Assembly (NCBI GenBank): GCA_963833095.1
Contig: CAWHWQ010000005.1
Coordinates: 192,001-256,000 of the forward strand
DNA: 64,000 bases
Reading direction: 5' to 3'
Source: Vulcanimicrobiota bacterium
GTDB taxonomy: Bacteria; Vulcanimicrobiota; Vulcanimicrobiia; Vulcanimicrobiales; Vulcanimicrobiaceae
Below are positions 30,652-42,365 of this stretch, piece by piece (position 1 is the stretch's first letter; each line of letters starts with the position of its first letter). The translations under genes were made by a program, and so were the position numbers. Under the pieces are notes generated by a model, which did no database searches, was not told the origin of the DNA, and saw only the letters and a program-made list of their open reading frames with translations.

Positions 30652-33600
30652 TCGACCGCAGCCTTTCCCGCGAACCCGGCGTAGAGCACGGGAATTACCA
30701 ACAAGGTAAACGCGGTTGCCGTCGAGAGACCGCCGATCACGGCGATCGCGAGCGGCTTCTCCATCGCCGCGCCCGACCCGATTCCGAGCGCGAGCGGCAA
30801 GAGTCCGCCGATCGCCGCAAAGGTCGTCATCACGATCGGACGCAAACGCGTGCGTCCAGCGGCGACGAGCGCCTCCTCGACGCTGTCGCCGGCGGCGCGG
30901 CGCCGGTTTGCCACGTCGATCAACAAAATGCCGTTCTTGACAACGATACCCACGAGCAGCAACAGCCCCATGAAGGAGGAGACGTTGAAGGGCGTTGACG
31001 TTATGAAGAGCCCGAGCGCGACGCCGATCAGGGCGAGCGGAATCGCGGTGAGAATCACGAGCGGCAGCCGGTACGAACGGAAGGCCGCGAGCATTACCGC
31101 GTACACAAGCGCGATGGCGATGGCGACGACGCCGGCGAACTGGCGGAACGAGTCTTGCTGCTCGCGATATTGGCCGCCGATCGTCGCGCGATATCCAGCC
31201 GGCAGCTGCTGCGCGGAGATCGCGCCGCGCATGCCGGAAACGACAGAGGAAAGATTCGCGCCGGCAATGCTCGCGGTGAGAACGATGACGCGCGCGCCAT
31301 TTTCTTCGTACATCGTGGTTGCAAGTGCAGCTGGAGCAATGCGCGCGATGGCGTCGAGACCAATCGGTCCGCTGGGGGACGCCACCCGTGGATCGGGAGC
31401 GCTTGGCGCGTCGACGAGCACGCGCACCGGTACGAGATTGTAGGGCCCGGGTAATTCGGCCGCAACGTCGCCTTGAGCTTGCGCCGCAAGCGAATCGGCG
31501 AGCGAGGATTGCGTCCATCCAAGTTGCGCGAGAAGCCGGCGATCCGGTGAAACGCGTATTGCCGGATCGGTGTAGACGACGCCGGAGAACACGTCAGCCA
31601 GACCTTTCACGTCGGAGAGCCGAACAGCGAGCGCGCTGGCTTGCGCGACGAGCGTGGCTTGATCCGGACCTTCGAGCGTGACTTCGAGCGGCGCCGGCGC
31701 GCCCGAAACGTCGTCGATCATATCCTCGAGAATCTGGTGAAAATCGAAGTGAGCGGCGGGAACTGCCTGCGCCAACTCGTCACGGAGCCGGTCGCTTACG
31801 ACCGGGTACGGTGCGCGCTCGGTCTCGGGTCGCAGGCGCACACGCAAAATGCCGGCATTTCGGGGCGTCGGCGAGTAACCGTTAGTGTCGAGGCCGGTCC
31901 AGCGTCCGACGCCCGCGACGGCCGGATCCGCAGCGACGACCTGCTCCATCGTGATGCGCCGCTGCGTCCGACGCCTCCAAACTCGTTCCGACCGGAAGAA
32001 CGTAATCGATCTCGAATTGTCCCTCGTCGAGAGTCGGAAGAAAGTCGCTCGGCAAGCGCGCAAGCAGCGCGACGGTCACGAGCAACACGCCAAGCGAGGC
32101 GGCATAAATAACGGGCCGGTGCTCGAGCGACCAACGAAGGATCGGCTCGTAGCGTTCGAGCACGCGATGAACAAAGGTCGCACTGTCGTCCATCTTCTCC
32201 GATCGTATGAAGAGCTTGGCGAGAACCGGTGTAAAGAACAGCGCAAGGGCCAGCGAGACGATCAGCGACGTTGCAAGCGTCAGCGCCAGCGAACGGAAGA
32301 AGAATCCGCTAACACCGGTAAGTAGAGCCAGCGGAACGAAGACGACGACCGTCGTCGCCGTCGATGCGATCATCGCCCCGCCAATCTGCGACATCGAGAG
32401 CGTCACTACCTCACGCAGCGGCAGTTCCGGCTGATCGCGCCGGTTGCGCGCGATATTTTCGATCACAACGATCGCGTCGTCGATGATCAGCCCCACCGCG
32501 ATGGCCAGGCCGCCGACGCTCATCAGGTTGAGCGTCTCGCCGGCGCGACCGATAGCGAAGATTGCAATCGCGATCGCGAGCGGAATCACCGCAGCGGCGA
32601 CCAGCGTCATCCGCAGACTGCGCAAGAATAGATAGATAACAGCGACAGCGAGGAGCGCGCCGATCAGGATCGCGTCGCGCAATGACGCTTGGGAGTCTTT
32701 CACCAGCGTCGTCTGGTCCCAGAAACGCGTGAAGACCGCGCCCATGGGGAGGGCCGCGTTGATGGCCTTCGCGCGCGCGGCTACATCCTGCGCCATACGT
32801 ACGGCATCGGATCCTGGAAGCGCATAGAAACTGACGATCACGCCGTTGTGGGCGTCGAAACTCACTTGATCGGTCACGGGCGCCACGCCCAACTTCACAT
32901 CACCGACCGCGCCGATCGGCACAGAACCGTGTTTGGTGAAGATCTCGACGCGCGTAAGGTCGGCAGCGGTGCGGATGCCGGCGTCAACCACAACGACACT
33001 GCGCGTGTAGTGACGCACTTGCAGCCCAACCGCAGTGACGGCCGTCGCTTCGCCGAGCGCCTGTTCGACATCGCCCGCGGTGAGACCGTACTGCGCGAGC
33101 GCGTTGGGATCGAGGTCGACGTGGTATTCGCGCGGCGGTCCACCCGCTACGCTCACTCGCGCCAGCCCCGGCGTTCCGTAGAATCGCGGCACCATCGATT
33201 GCTGCGCGAGTTCGTGCAGCAGCGTTTGCGACATAACGTTCGACGTCAGCGCGTAAGAGACGATCGGTTCGCTATTGGGATTGATGATATTGGATTGCAC
33301 GCTGACGTTTTGGGGCAAAGCGGCGCGAGCCTGCGCTATCGCCTGGTCGACATAGGTGAGGTCGCCCTGTACGGTGGTCTTCGGATCGAACTCGACGATG
33401 ATCTCGGCGTTGCCTTGGCTCGATGTCGCGAACACGCGCGTAACGGACGGCAATCCCGAAAGCGCGCGCTCGAGCGGCAATGTGACCGCGACGCGAACTT
33501 GATCCGGCGGCAGGTTACCCGCGTCAGCAACCACGTCGATCCGCGAAAACGACATCGTCGGGAAAATACTGGCCGGGATCTGTGTGTACGCCGCGACTCC

Positions 33601-33681
33601 GAAAATAGCCAGCGCGGCAACGAGAAAAACGATGACTTTTTCAAACCGGAGTCCGAACGCCGCAAGGTTCACACGGCGCAT
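30648..33681 (-). CDS. RND efflux permease (CusA/CzcA-like), one apparent frameshift near 31960
   Basis: NLMSVGGLAIAVGLIIDDAIVVIEN; GIVVKNGILL; RLRPIVMTT; two ORFs join in one RND. Confidence 0.92.
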
Positions 33682-33701
33682 CGTCGCACGGGGAGATGAC
33701 G

Positions 33702-35051
33702 CTAGGATGAATGGGGCATGATGACACTCACTGAGGCACCGCCGCCGGGTTGATTGGCCAGGAGCAATTCACCGCCGTGTGCCTGGACCACCGCGTCCGC
33801 GATTGCCAGGCCCAACCCCGTTCCGTCGCGTCCGCCGCGAGCACCGCGCCAAAACCGCTGCACCGCGTGAGCCAGCGCATCGCTCGAGAAGCCTGGACCG
33901 TCGTCGCGGACCGTGAACCGGACGCAGTTGCCCTCCCGCGCCGTCTCGAGCTCGGCTTGGTGAGCGGCGAACTCAATCGCATTATGAAGAATGCCGGCAA
34001 AGGCGCGTTCGAGGGCGCGGGCGTCGCCCGAAATGAGTGCCGACTCCCCCCTCACCGCGATCGACACGCCGCGCTGCGCGGCAGCCCCGGCAAAGCGCTC
34101 GGTGAGCAACGCCGCGATGGCCGCCAAATCGACCGGCTCGAAATGCAATCGCGCCGAATCCGCTCGCGCGGCCAACAGCAACGCGTCGACGATCGCGTCG
34201 ATGCGTTCGACCTCCGAGACGATCGTTTGGAGCGCAGAACGATACTGCGCGGTCGCAGGTTCACCTTCGAGCGCCGCGTCCGCTTCGGCACGGATGACTG
34301 CCAGCGGAGCGCGCAGCTCATGCGAGGCATCGGCGGTGAAACGCCGCTGCCGTGCAAATGCCGATTCCAGCCGATCGAGCATGCGATCGAAGGCCGACCC
34401 CAAACGCCCAAGCTCGTCCTCACCGCCATGGCGAACGCGTCGCGAAAGGTCATGCGCTTCGATCTCGGTGGCGAGATCGCTGAAGGCGTGCAGCGGCGCA
34501 AGCGCTCGGCGCGCCAAGGTCGCAGAAAGCACCACGACCGCACCCCCAGCGAGCGCCGCTGAAAGCGCAATCGCTAGGATCGCGTCGCGATCGACGTCGT
34601 CGATATACGCCGCGCTCTCCCACACGCAGGCATGACCGTAGATGATCGACCCGCGAGCGATCGGGCGGCAAGAGACGCGCAGGCGCTGGCCCCGGTCGAT
34701 CGCAGTTACGGGAACCGCCGCATAAACTCCACGGCGCGCAGCGCGGAGAATCTCGGCGGGAGTCGAGGCGGTCGAGGTCACGAACGGCGCTCCGTTCCGG
34801 GTGAAAACCGCACCGCTCATCGCGGGAGCAAGGGCACCGATCATCTGCTCGCGGTCCTCCGCGTCGAACAAAAGCGCGCCGTTGCGAACGTCGACCAAGG
34901 CCGCGACGGCGGAAGCCGTGGTTGCAAGCCGTGCGTCGAGCGATCCGCGCAGGGTGCGATCGATCGCGGTAAACGAAACGACGGCAACGATCGCGACAGC
35001 GATTGTTACTGCGATACCGTAGGTCCAGGCGAGCCGCGTTCGCAGCTTCAT
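33702..35051 (-). CDS. Sensor histidine kinase (HAMP-HisKA-HATPase)
   Basis: Two TMs, DELGRL, ADASHELRAPL, DDGPG, GTGLGLAI. Confidence 0.95.
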   Translation of the reverse strand: MKLRTRLAWTYGIAVTIAVAIVAVVSFTAIDRTLRGSLDARLATTASAVAALVDVRNGALLFDAEDREQMIGALAPAMSGAVFTRNGAPFVTSTASTPAEILRAARRGVYAAVPVTAIDRGQRLRVSCRPIARGSIIYGHACVWESAAYIDDVDRDAILAIALSAALAGGAVVVLSATLARRALAPLHAFSDLATEIEAHDLSRRVRHGGEDELGRLGSAFDRMLDRLESAFARQRRFTADASHELRAPLAVIRAEADAALEGEPATAQYRSALQTIVSEVERIDAIVDALLLAARADSARLHFEPVDLAAIAALLTERFAGAAAQRGVSIAVRGESALISGDARALERAFAGILHNAIEFAAHQAELETAREGNCVRFTVRDDGPGFSSDALAHAVQRFWRGARGGRDGTGLGLAIADAVVQAHGGELLLANQPGGGASVSVIMPHSS

Positions 35052-35719
35052 TCCGTCCCCATGCGATAGCCCATGCCGCGAACGGTGTGTATCAGTGCGG
35101 GCTCCTGGTCGACGTCGATCTTGACGCGCAGGCGGCGCACGTAGACGTCGACGACGTTAGAGATCGTCTCGTTCGAACGGTCCCACAAGGCGTTCTCGAT
35201 CATGGGGCGCGTCAACACGCGCCCCGCGTTTCGCATGAAGTACTCGAGAAACGCGAGTTCGCGCGCGGTACACTCGATAACGCGGTCGCCCCGCGTGACG
35301 CGATGCGAAGCCAAATCATACATCAGGTTTCCCACTTGAAGGCTGTTCTCCACCGACACCGCAGGCCGGCGGAGAACAGACCGCAATCGCGCTTCGAGTT
35401 CGCGAAGGGCAAACGGCTTGCGTATGTAATCGTCGGCCCCCGCATCGAGCCCGGCGACGACGTCTTCGGTTTCATCGCGCGACGTAGCGATGAGCAGCGG
35501 TGTCGTAACGTTTCGAGCACGCAACGCGCGCAAGACATCGAGCCCGTCGCGCCCGGGCAAATTCAAGTCGAGAACGATCGCGTCAAACCCGCCTGCAACG
35601 GCCAACACCTCTCCCTCCTCGCCGTCGGAAGCGTGCTCGACGATGTGCCCGCGCTCGCGCAAACCACGTTGTAAGGCGTCGGCAAGTCGAACGTCGTCTT
35701 CGACGATGAGAATACGCAC
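35048..35719 (-). CDS. OmpR-family response regulator
   Basis: [42 protein letters not shown]. Confidence 0.95.
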   Translation of the reverse strand: MRILIVEDDVRLADALQRGLRERGHIVEHASDGEEGEVLAVAGGFDAIVLDLNLPGRDGLDVLRALRARNVTTPLLIATSRDETEDVVAGLDAGADDYIRKPFALRELEARLRSVLRRPAVSVENSLQVGNLMYDLASHRVTRGDRVIECTARELAFLEYFMRNAGRVLTRPMIENALWDRSNETISNVVDVYVRRLRVKIDVDQEPALIHTVRGMGYRMGTE

Positions 35720-35779
35720 CTCCAGAGGCTTTACAATGATTGCGGCAGGAACCCTCGGCAACCACCCGTAGTACGCAGA

Positions 35780-38431
35780 GTGATTCGCTCCGACGAGCGC
35801 GTTGATGGCGCGCTGTTCGACCGCTTCAACGCGAGTGTCGCGACCGCGGTCGATGCCGTACGCCAGGCGTCGGAGGCTATTGCCGCCACCGCGCAAGAGC
35901 AAACGACGCTGATGGTCGCGCTCTCCGATACGGCCGGTACCCTTGCCTCGGCCTCCCGCGAGACGGCCGAGCGGTTACAAAGCGCTCAATCCTCGGCGCG
36001 CGCGGCAGCTTCGGACCTCGGAAACTCCTTTGAAGTCGTCGAGAATTTGTTGACGTCGGTGCAGCAGCTGGCTGAACTTTCCGCCGACACCGCGACTGCG
36101 ATGGACGACTTCGGCCGGCTCATGAGTGAGATCGGCCGGATGACCGAATTCGTCGAAGACGTCAGCGATGAAACGCAGCTGCTCGCACTCAACGCGGCAA
36201 TCGAAGCCGCGCGCGCCGGACAACACGGGTTGGGCTTCGCCGTCGTCGCCGGTGAAGTCGGCCGTCTCGCAAAGACAACGAACGAATCCACCACGGCGAT
36301 CAAGACGCTCGTCGTCGAGATTCAGCGCGAAGCTGAGGCCACGATTCAAGCGGTGCGCGCTAACGCCGAGCGTTCGGCCGCGTCGACGCCGCTCGCGGAC
36401 GTTGCGCGCAGTTCGCTTGCCGAGATCGCCGAACTCGCCGCTGATCTTTCGGTAACCATTGATCGCGCCGTTATCAGCGGCCGCGATCACAGCCATGCCG
36501 CCGAGCAAATGCGCAAGTCGACTGATGGCCTTGCCAATGTTGCTGCCGCGCAGGGCCGCGAAGCGCTCGAATCCGCGTTCGCGACGCAGCGCCTCGCCTA
36601 TTACGGCGCTGAGATCGAGTACATCTCGCGTTCGCGCACGGCATCCAAGAGCGATCACACGACGATCAAGATTGCGACGCTGCTGCCGCCAGGCTATCCG
36701 CCGTCGCGGGCATGGGAGTTTGTCGCGCAACGCGCCTTGGAACTCTCAGAAGGACGCTTGCGCTTCGAGTTGGAGATTCCGTTCACCGGCGGCAATGAGA
36801 TGGAAGCACTGTTGCGCGTACGTTCCGGCGAGATCGACATGGTAAGCGTCACGACCTACGTCGCCGGCGCGCTGGTGCCGCTGGCGCAATTGCTCGACCT
36901 GCCCTTTGTTTTTCCGGATCGCGAGTCGGCGCACCGTCTGCTCGACGGCCCGCTCGGCCAGACCATCCTCGAGTCGTTCGAGTCGTTCGGCTTACATGGG
37001 CTCGCGTTTTTCGAAAACGGGATGCGGCATTTCACCAACAGCCTGCACCCGATTCGCCGGCCGTCGGATATGCGCAAGATGCGCGTGCGCATCCAGGACT
37101 CGGTCGTCTATCTCGCGCTCATGCACGCGCTTGGAGCATCCCCGAAGGTCATTCCCTTCGGCGATGTTTATCGTTCGCTCCAGAACCACGAAGTCGACGC
37201 GCAGGAAAATCCTCTCCCCAACACGCTGGGCGCGCGGCTCCATGAAGTGCAGCGTTATCTCTCGCTCACCGCTCACACCTATAACACGCAGATCGTGCTT
37301 GGGAATATCGAGCGCTGGCGTTCGCTTCCGGCGCAAGACCGCGAGATCATCCAGCAAGCCTTCAAAGAAGCAACCGACTTTCATCGCCGCGTCTCCGGCG
37401 ATGACGACCAGCACGCGCTCGCCGAACTGCGCAAACACCTCGAAGTGCATGAACTGCAGCCTGATGAACGCGAGGATTTCGTGAAGACCTCGCGCTTTGT
37501 GTGGGAGCGCATGGAACCGCTCTTTCCGACCGACGTGTTCCGCTTGCTCCTCAACCGCAACTTGGAAACCTGGCGCCCGCGCGTCAATCTCGGCGCCCAC
37601 GCGTCGACCCATGGATTTACGCTCAACGACATCGTCGAATCGATCGACCGATCGGTCAGTTCGGTGCGCGCGACCGGCGATACGATCGGCACGCAGTCGC
37701 GCTCGCAGATTGCCAGCCTCAATGCGCTTTCGCAGCAATCTATGGAGCTGAGCGGATCGAACGAGCAGCTTGCCAAGGCTTTTTTGGGGCTGGGCGACCG
37801 TTTCGAGCAGGTCGCCCCCCAGGTTCGCATCATGCGCGATACCGTCGGCGAGTTGATCGACACGATCAACGTCCTTTCGTCGATGGCGATACAAAGCCGC
37901 AATGCGCTCGATCAATTCGCCAAGTCAATGCATCAGATTTTCAACATCATCAACTTGGTGCGCTCGGTGTCGGATAAGACCAATCTACTCGCGCTCAACG
38001 CCGCGATCGAGGCGGCACGCGCGGGCGACCACGGCAAGGGCTTTAACGTCGTCGCGGGAGAGGTGCGCGGCCTGGCCGATAAGACCAAAGCGTCGACGGT
38101 GAATATTCGCAAAGTCTTGAGCGATCTCGAAGCGCGGGGCAAATCCGCGGGCGTTGCAATCGAGAACGGCGTGGCGAAAGCCGAGCATAGCGCGCGTCAG
38201 GCGCGCATGGCGCAAGAGGCATTCGGACGTATCGAGCAGTTCGCCAGCTCTGCCCAGTTTACGCTCGAGCAAGCCCAGGATGCCGCGAACGATGAAGCGC
38301 GGCGCGCGTACGCGATGTACGGTGATTACTCGCAGATGGCTGCGCTGGTTGAATCGCACGCGCAGGACAGCCGCGCTGCACTCAGCTCAACGGTCGAACT
38401 CGAACGCCAACGCCGCGCCCTGTTCCAATAG
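35780..38431 (+). CDS. Soluble chemoreceptor: MCP signalling domain - TRAP DctP solute-binding domain - second MCP signalling domain
   Basis: Two hairpin tips ([24 protein letters not shown]) around DLPFVF, ENGMR, MRVR, PFGDVY, DAQENP; no TM or signal peptide visible. Confidence 0.9.
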   Translation: MIRSDERVDGALFDRFNASVATAVDAVRQASEAIAATAQEQTTLMVALSDTAGTLASASRETAERLQSAQSSARAAASDLGNSFEVVENLLTSVQQLAELSADTATAMDDFGRLMSEIGRMTEFVEDVSDETQLLALNAAIEAARAGQHGLGFAVVAGEVGRLAKTTNESTTAIKTLVVEIQREAEATIQAVRANAERSAASTPLADVARSSLAEIAELAADLSVTIDRAVISGRDHSHAAEQMRKSTDGLANVAAAQGREALESAFATQRLAYYGAEIEYISRSRTASKSDHTTIKIATLLPPGYPPSRAWEFVAQRALELSEGRLRFELEIPFTGGNEMEALLRVRSGEIDMVSVTTYVAGALVPLAQLLDLPFVFPDRESAHRLLDGPLGQTILESFESFGLHGLAFFENGMRHFTNSLHPIRRPSDMRKMRVRIQDSVVYLALMHALGASPKVIPFGDVYRSLQNHEVDAQENPLPNTLGARLHEVQRYLSLTAHTYNTQIVLGNIERWRSLPAQDREIIQQAFKEATDFHRRVSGDDDQHALAELRKHLEVHELQPDEREDFVKTSRFVWERMEPLFPTDVFRLLLNRNLETWRPRVNLGAHASTHGFTLNDIVESIDRSVSSVRATGDTIGTQSRSQIASLNALSQQSMELSGSNEQLAKAFLGLGDRFEQVAPQVRIMRDTVGELIDTINVLSSMAIQSRNALDQFAKSMHQIFNIINLVRSVSDKTNLLALNAAIEAARAGDHGKGFNVVAGEVRGLADKTKASTVNIRKVLSDLEARGKSAGVAIENGVAKAEHSARQARMAQEAFGRIEQFASSAQFTLEQAQDAANDEARRAYAMYGDYSQMAALVESHAQDSRAALSSTVELERQRRALFQ

Positions 38432-38433
38432 CC

Positions 38434-38733
38434 GTCATCCTGAGGTGCGGCCCCTGTCACCCTGAGGTGCGGCCCTTAGGGCCGCCTCGAAGGGTGCGCC
38501 CTCGGACGTTTTGCCATTCTGCGGACTTCTCCCCAATCTCCGTTTGAAAATGCAATCTTTTTAGCGCGGCTCCAGCCTTTGAGATGCTTTTCCCAGGCAA
38601 CGGCGTCATCGAAGTTCGCAAATTCCGAAACATGCACGCATCGCAGGGGGCGTCTCTTAGACAACCCGTCTCGCGCTTCGAGGCTCGCTTCCGCTCGCAC
38701 CTCAGGGTGACAAACGCTGGCCTCAGCGTGACA
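38434..38733. mobile_element. REP-like palindromic inverted repeats bracketing a GIY-YIG nuclease remnant
   Basis: Left GTCATCCTGAGG and GTCACCCTGAGG..CCTCGAAGG (38434-38494); right inverted copies (38676-38712, 38721-38733). Confidence 0.7.
38476..38665 (-). pseudogene. C-terminal fragment of a GIY-YIG (UPF0213-like) nuclease
   Basis: SKRRPLRCVHVSEF..FDDAVAWEKHLKGWSRAKKIAF..GDW; N-terminal GIY-YIG motif and start codon missing. Confidence 0.75.
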
Positions 38734-38737
38734 ACAG

Positions 38738-39502
38738 CTAGTACTCGAGCACGACCGGGGTCTGTTCTTCCATGATTTGCGCGACGCTCGCGCGGAAGCG
38801 TTGTGCATCGCCGCTGGTAACATAACGCGTTGTTCCGGATCCGGCCTGCGTTTCATCGAGTGCGAGAAAATCAGCCAAACGCGTCGCTTGCACGAACGCC
38901 GGATCGATCAAATCGACCCGATCGTTAAGCGCCGCGCGAAAATGTTGTTCTAACACCGGATAGTGGGTGCAGCCGTAGACCACGGCGTCGAGATCTGGCG
39001 GAAGCGCCGCGCAGGCGCGCGCCACGGCGTCGCGAGCCGCTGGGCCGCTGTGCTGACCCGCTTCGACGAGCGGGACGAGTTCGGGCGCGGGAACCTCCCA
39101 CACTTCACTTTCGTGAATCGCGTTGCGAACGCGCCGGCCGTAGGCTCCGGAGCGCACCGTCGCCTCGGTCGCCACAATACCGATGCGCCGCGCACCCGAG
39201 CGTTGGAGCGCAATCGTCGCCGAATCGAGGAGATCGAAGACCTCGGCGCGCGTGGTGGGCCAGCCGTACACGTCCGCGATCGCGCACGAAGTGTTGCAAG
39301 CCATGACGATCGCTTCGACACCGCGTTCATCGAGCCACGCCAGATTGTTTTGTAGCAGCGCGAAGAGATCGTCGGGTGTGCGACCACCGTACGGCACGTG
39401 CGCCTGGTCGGCATAGTAGAGCAGGTCGACGTCGGGTAGACGCTCGCGTACGCGTCGAATGACGGTAAGGCCGCCCAGCCCCGAGTCAAAGAGTCCGATC
39501 AT
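38738..39502 (-). CDS. murI: Glutamate racemase
   Basis: MIGLFDSGLGGLTV, ACNT, GCTHYP. Confidence 0.96.
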   Translation of the reverse strand: MIGLFDSGLGGLTVIRRVRERLPDVDLLYYADQAHVPYGGRTPDDLFALLQNNLAWLDERGVEAIVMACNTSCAIADVYGWPTTRAEVFDLLDSATIALQRSGARRIGIVATEATVRSGAYGRRVRNAIHESEVWEVPAPELVPLVEAGQHSGPAARDAVARACAALPPDLDAVVYGCTHYPVLEQHFRAALNDRVDLIDPAFVQATRLADFLALDETQAGSGTTRYVTSGDAQRFRASVAQIMEEQTPVVLEY

Positions 39503-41484
39503 TACTGCGCGCTGCCCGCGACTGGATTCTGTTGCGCGTACTTGTCGATCCCGTCGGCAATGGCTTCGGCCATCTGCTGGCGCCAATCGGACGACGCGAG
39601 CTTCGCATAGTCGGACGGGTTGGAAAGAAACGCGGTCTCGATCAGAATCGCCGGCATATTCGCATGCAAGGTCACGTACAAATGGCTCTTGACGGTACCG
39701 TCGTCCTTGACGCCTAGATCGCTCATCGCAATGTCGCGATCCATGACCTGCGCCAGCGGCTGGTCGATCGGCTTGGAGTAATAGACCGTCGCACCGTTTG
39801 GCCCGCTGTTCAAATAGGCATTGCAATGAATGCTGACAAAGAGCCGCGCACCAGCCTCGTTGGCGATGTCGTCGCGCGCTTGGAGAGCGTAGGCGTCGAC
39901 GTTGTCATGGCCGATGCCGATCGCCTCTTGCGTGCTCCGCGGGGTCGGATCGACGTCATGATCGATCGTCCGCGTCATCTTGACTTGCCAGCCGCGCGCG
40001 ATCAGAATCGCCTGCACGCGCTTTGCCATGTCGAGGGTGAGAATGGCTTCCTGCAAGTCGCCGTGCATCGAACCGCGATCGGTGCCGCCGTGCCCGGGAT
40101 CGAGCACGATCAGCTTGGGATTGGTCGGCACGTAGCCTTGCGTCCCGAATTTCCAGCTTCCTTGATCGTTGCTGCCGCTCGGCCCGTATTCATCGGCCGG
40201 CACGGGCGTCACTAGCGTCTGCGGTTCGCTCGCCGAAACAACGGCGCCGATCGAGCCGGTGCCGCTGCGCGGCGCGGTATCGGCAACCATCGCGGTGCCG
40301 ACGTTCAGCGTAATTCCCGTCGCCGCCGGAGAGACGTCGAGCGCGTTATCGCCGGCAAGCGAGACCGCGATACGAACGGTTTGCGGATCGATTTGGCGCA
40401 CGCGCAGCGCGATGAGCGGATCCGCTTCGGCTTGATCTTGGGGACCGCCGGCGAGCTGCGCGTTCTTGATGTCAATCCAAAAGCGGTTGTCGGGTGCGCG
40501 CAAACGATGCCATTCGTAGGTAGCATCGCCGGTTACCGCGATCGCGACGGTTTGGCTGCCGTCGCTTCCGGCTTGCACGCTTACCGTGCCGACCGTCGCG
40601 TTGCCGGTCGCCTGCGCCGACGGACCGGAAGAAGGCGGCGGCGTGCCATTCGTCATGTCGCCAGGCGGCGGAGGCGGCGTTGCGGCGACGGATTGCGGCG
40701 CTGCCGCCACCGATTGTTGGAGCGGTTCGACCAACGGCGGCGCGCTGCCGTTTGCGCCGAAGGCGACTTCGAACTCGCCACTGCCGGATTGCGGCGGATC
40801 GTGCCGCGTCCCGGGCAGAAGATCGATCGTCACCACCGTCTTCGGATCGCGCGCGGTTCCCGACGAAGTAATTTCGACCGAGCGGATGCCGCCGGCATTG
40901 ACCGTGCGCTGCGCCGCAAGCGTCGTGCCGACGCCATCAAATTCATAGACGACGCGATCCGGTGCGTCGGTGACCAGCCGCGGGCGAAGAATGCCGCCGC
41001 CGTGCGCGACGAGGACCGCTTGCACGCCATAGCCTTGCACGTCGAGCGAGGTGAGCAGCCGTTCGAGCACGCCGTCCTGCGCCGAGACGCCGAGCGCGTG
41101 GAGCACGTCGTCGAGCGGAAGATAGACTTCGTCCCCGTTCATATATGCCGCGAAGCGGGCTTGCGCGGTGACCGGCCCGACGCTATATTGCGCATTGCCT
41201 ACACCGAACCCGATGACTTCCGGCGCGGACGTCGTGATCAGCACCATGCGTTCGCCGGCGTGCCAGGTCAGCGTCGCGCCGAGTGCTTTGAACAGCGCGC
41301 GGAGCGCCGGATCGTTGATGCCGACGGCCATTCCGTTTGGCGTGCGCGCGATATGGGTGAAGGTTATTGAGGAGCGTTCGAATGCGTAGCTGACCGTGTC
41401 CGCGCGGACCACGGTCGTTGCGAGCAGCACGAGGATCGCAAACGCGCTACCAATCCGAGCGGCGAAGCGGTGCATCGAGCTCAA
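39502..41484 (-). CDS. N-acetylmuramoyl-L-alanine amidase (Amidase_3) with AMIN-like domains
   Basis: LDPGHGG, FVSIHCNA, PAILIETAFLSN; PDNRFWIDI AMIN-like segment; signal peptide. Confidence 0.92.
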   Translation of the reverse strand: MSSMHRFAARIGSAFAILVLLATTVVRADTVSYAFERSSITFTHIARTPNGMAVGINDPALRALFKALGATLTWHAGERMVLITTSAPEVIGFGVGNAQYSVGPVTAQARFAAYMNGDEVYLPLDDVLHALGVSAQDGVLERLLTSLDVQGYGVQAVLVAHGGGILRPRLVTDAPDRVVYEFDGVGTTLAAQRTVNAGGIRSVEITSSGTARDPKTVVTIDLLPGTRHDPPQSGSGEFEVAFGANGSAPPLVEPLQQSVAAAPQSVAATPPPPPGDMTNGTPPPSSGPSAQATGNATVGTVSVQAGSDGSQTVAIAVTGDATYEWHRLRAPDNRFWIDIKNAQLAGGPQDQAEADPLIALRVRQIDPQTVRIAVSLAGDNALDVSPAATGITLNVGTAMVADTAPRSGTGSIGAVVSASEPQTLVTPVPADEYGPSGSNDQGSWKFGTQGYVPTNPKLIVLDPGHGGTDRGSMHGDLQEAILTLDMAKRVQAILIARGWQVKMTRTIDHDVDPTPRSTQEAIGIGHDNVDAYALQARDDIANEAGARLFVSIHCNAYLNSGPNGATVYYSKPIDQPLAQVMDRDIAMSDLGVKDDGTVKSHLYVTLHANMPAILIETAFLSNPSDYAKLASSDWRQQMAEAIADGIDKYAQQNPVAGSAQ

Positions 41485-41968
41485 GATGTCCCCCCGGAAG
41501 GGTCCCTACAGTTTGGCCCTCGATCGTAATCTGGACCGCATTAACAGAAGGGATTCCCGTTAGCGTATACACCAGACCTTTGAACTCGGCGTTTTCTTGG
41601 AATGTACCGCCGCTCGCCGAGCCGACGTCGCGACTCAGATCGACGGTCGCTGTTGACCCGTTGACGCTGACGTCGCGCACGCGCGTGCCGGCCGGAAAGT
41701 GTACCGCGGCGATGTCGGACGGCGGGCCGGCAACCGCTTGAAGCGCCGCGTACGTGGCGAGGTCGTGCAAGCGCTGCGCGTCGCTCTCCCCTGGTTGCGC
41801 GGCCCGGAACGAAACATCCCACGTGCCAAGCGTCGTCCCGTCGAGCTTGGTGTAGTAGACCGTAACGGCCGGCCCCGAAGCCGGCGCGTGCGGTCGCGAA
41901 AAATACCAGCCCGCAGCCGCCGCGACCGCAAGGGCGACAAGGACGAAAAAGAAGCGCGGAACCCGCAC
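41447..41968 (-). CDS. GerMN domain protein
   Basis: FPAGTRV..V.V....ATVDLS, LVYTLT, VQITIEG; context with amidase and murI. Confidence 0.85.
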   Translation of the reverse strand: MRVPRFFFVLVALAVAAAAGWYFSRPHAPASGPAVTVYYTKLDGTTLGTWDVSFRAAQPGESDAQRLHDLATYAALQAVAGPPSDIAAVHFPAGTRVRDVSVNGSTATVDLSRDVGSASGGTFQENAEFKGLVYTLTGIPSVNAVQITIEGQTVGTLPGGHLELDAPLRRSDW

Positions 41969-41969
41969 G

Positions 41970-42335
41970 CTAGAGTACTCCCGGCATTGCGATGCGCCAG
42001 CCCATGACGATGTTGAGAACGATCAACGCGATCCCAACGAGCGAGAACACCAGCGCAAGCGTCGCGCCGCCCGCCCGTTTTCCAAAGCGCATTGCCATGC
42101 CGTACGACGCCAAAATCAACACGCCGACGAGCAGGTGCAGCCAAACCTGGGGCGGGATCGTTTGATGGCTCGCGCCCATGATGCCGGCCAGCGCCAGACC
42201 GACCAGGAATTGCAGCGCAACCACGGCGTTGACGACGCGACGCCCGTTGGACGTCCAACTAAACACGACGGCGCAGAGCGCGGCCAAGAAGGCCAGCACC
42301 AAGTGGATCGTAAGAACCGCATTAAAGACTTCCAT
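41970..42335 (-). CDS. Hypothetical 4-TM membrane protein
   Basis: Hydrophobic ORF filling the gap; co-oriented with downstream genes. Confidence 0.7.
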   Translation of the reverse strand: MEVFNAVLTIHLVLAFLAALCAVVFSWTSNGRRVVNAVVALQFLVGLALAGIMGASHQTIPPQVWLHLLVGVLILASYGMAMRFGKRAGGATLALVFSLVGIALIVLNIVMGWRIAMPGVL

Positions 42336-42365
42336 TACAATCCCATGTACCGAAAAGGAGAATCC

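Noticed and set aside
29431..31518. 695-aa extended TolC
   Set aside because: The first ~290 aa are an alternative frame over the RND gene; real start is 30651.
38738..39826. 362-aa glutamate racemase
   Set aside because: The extension overlaps the amidase gene; MurI begins at MIGLFDSG (39502).
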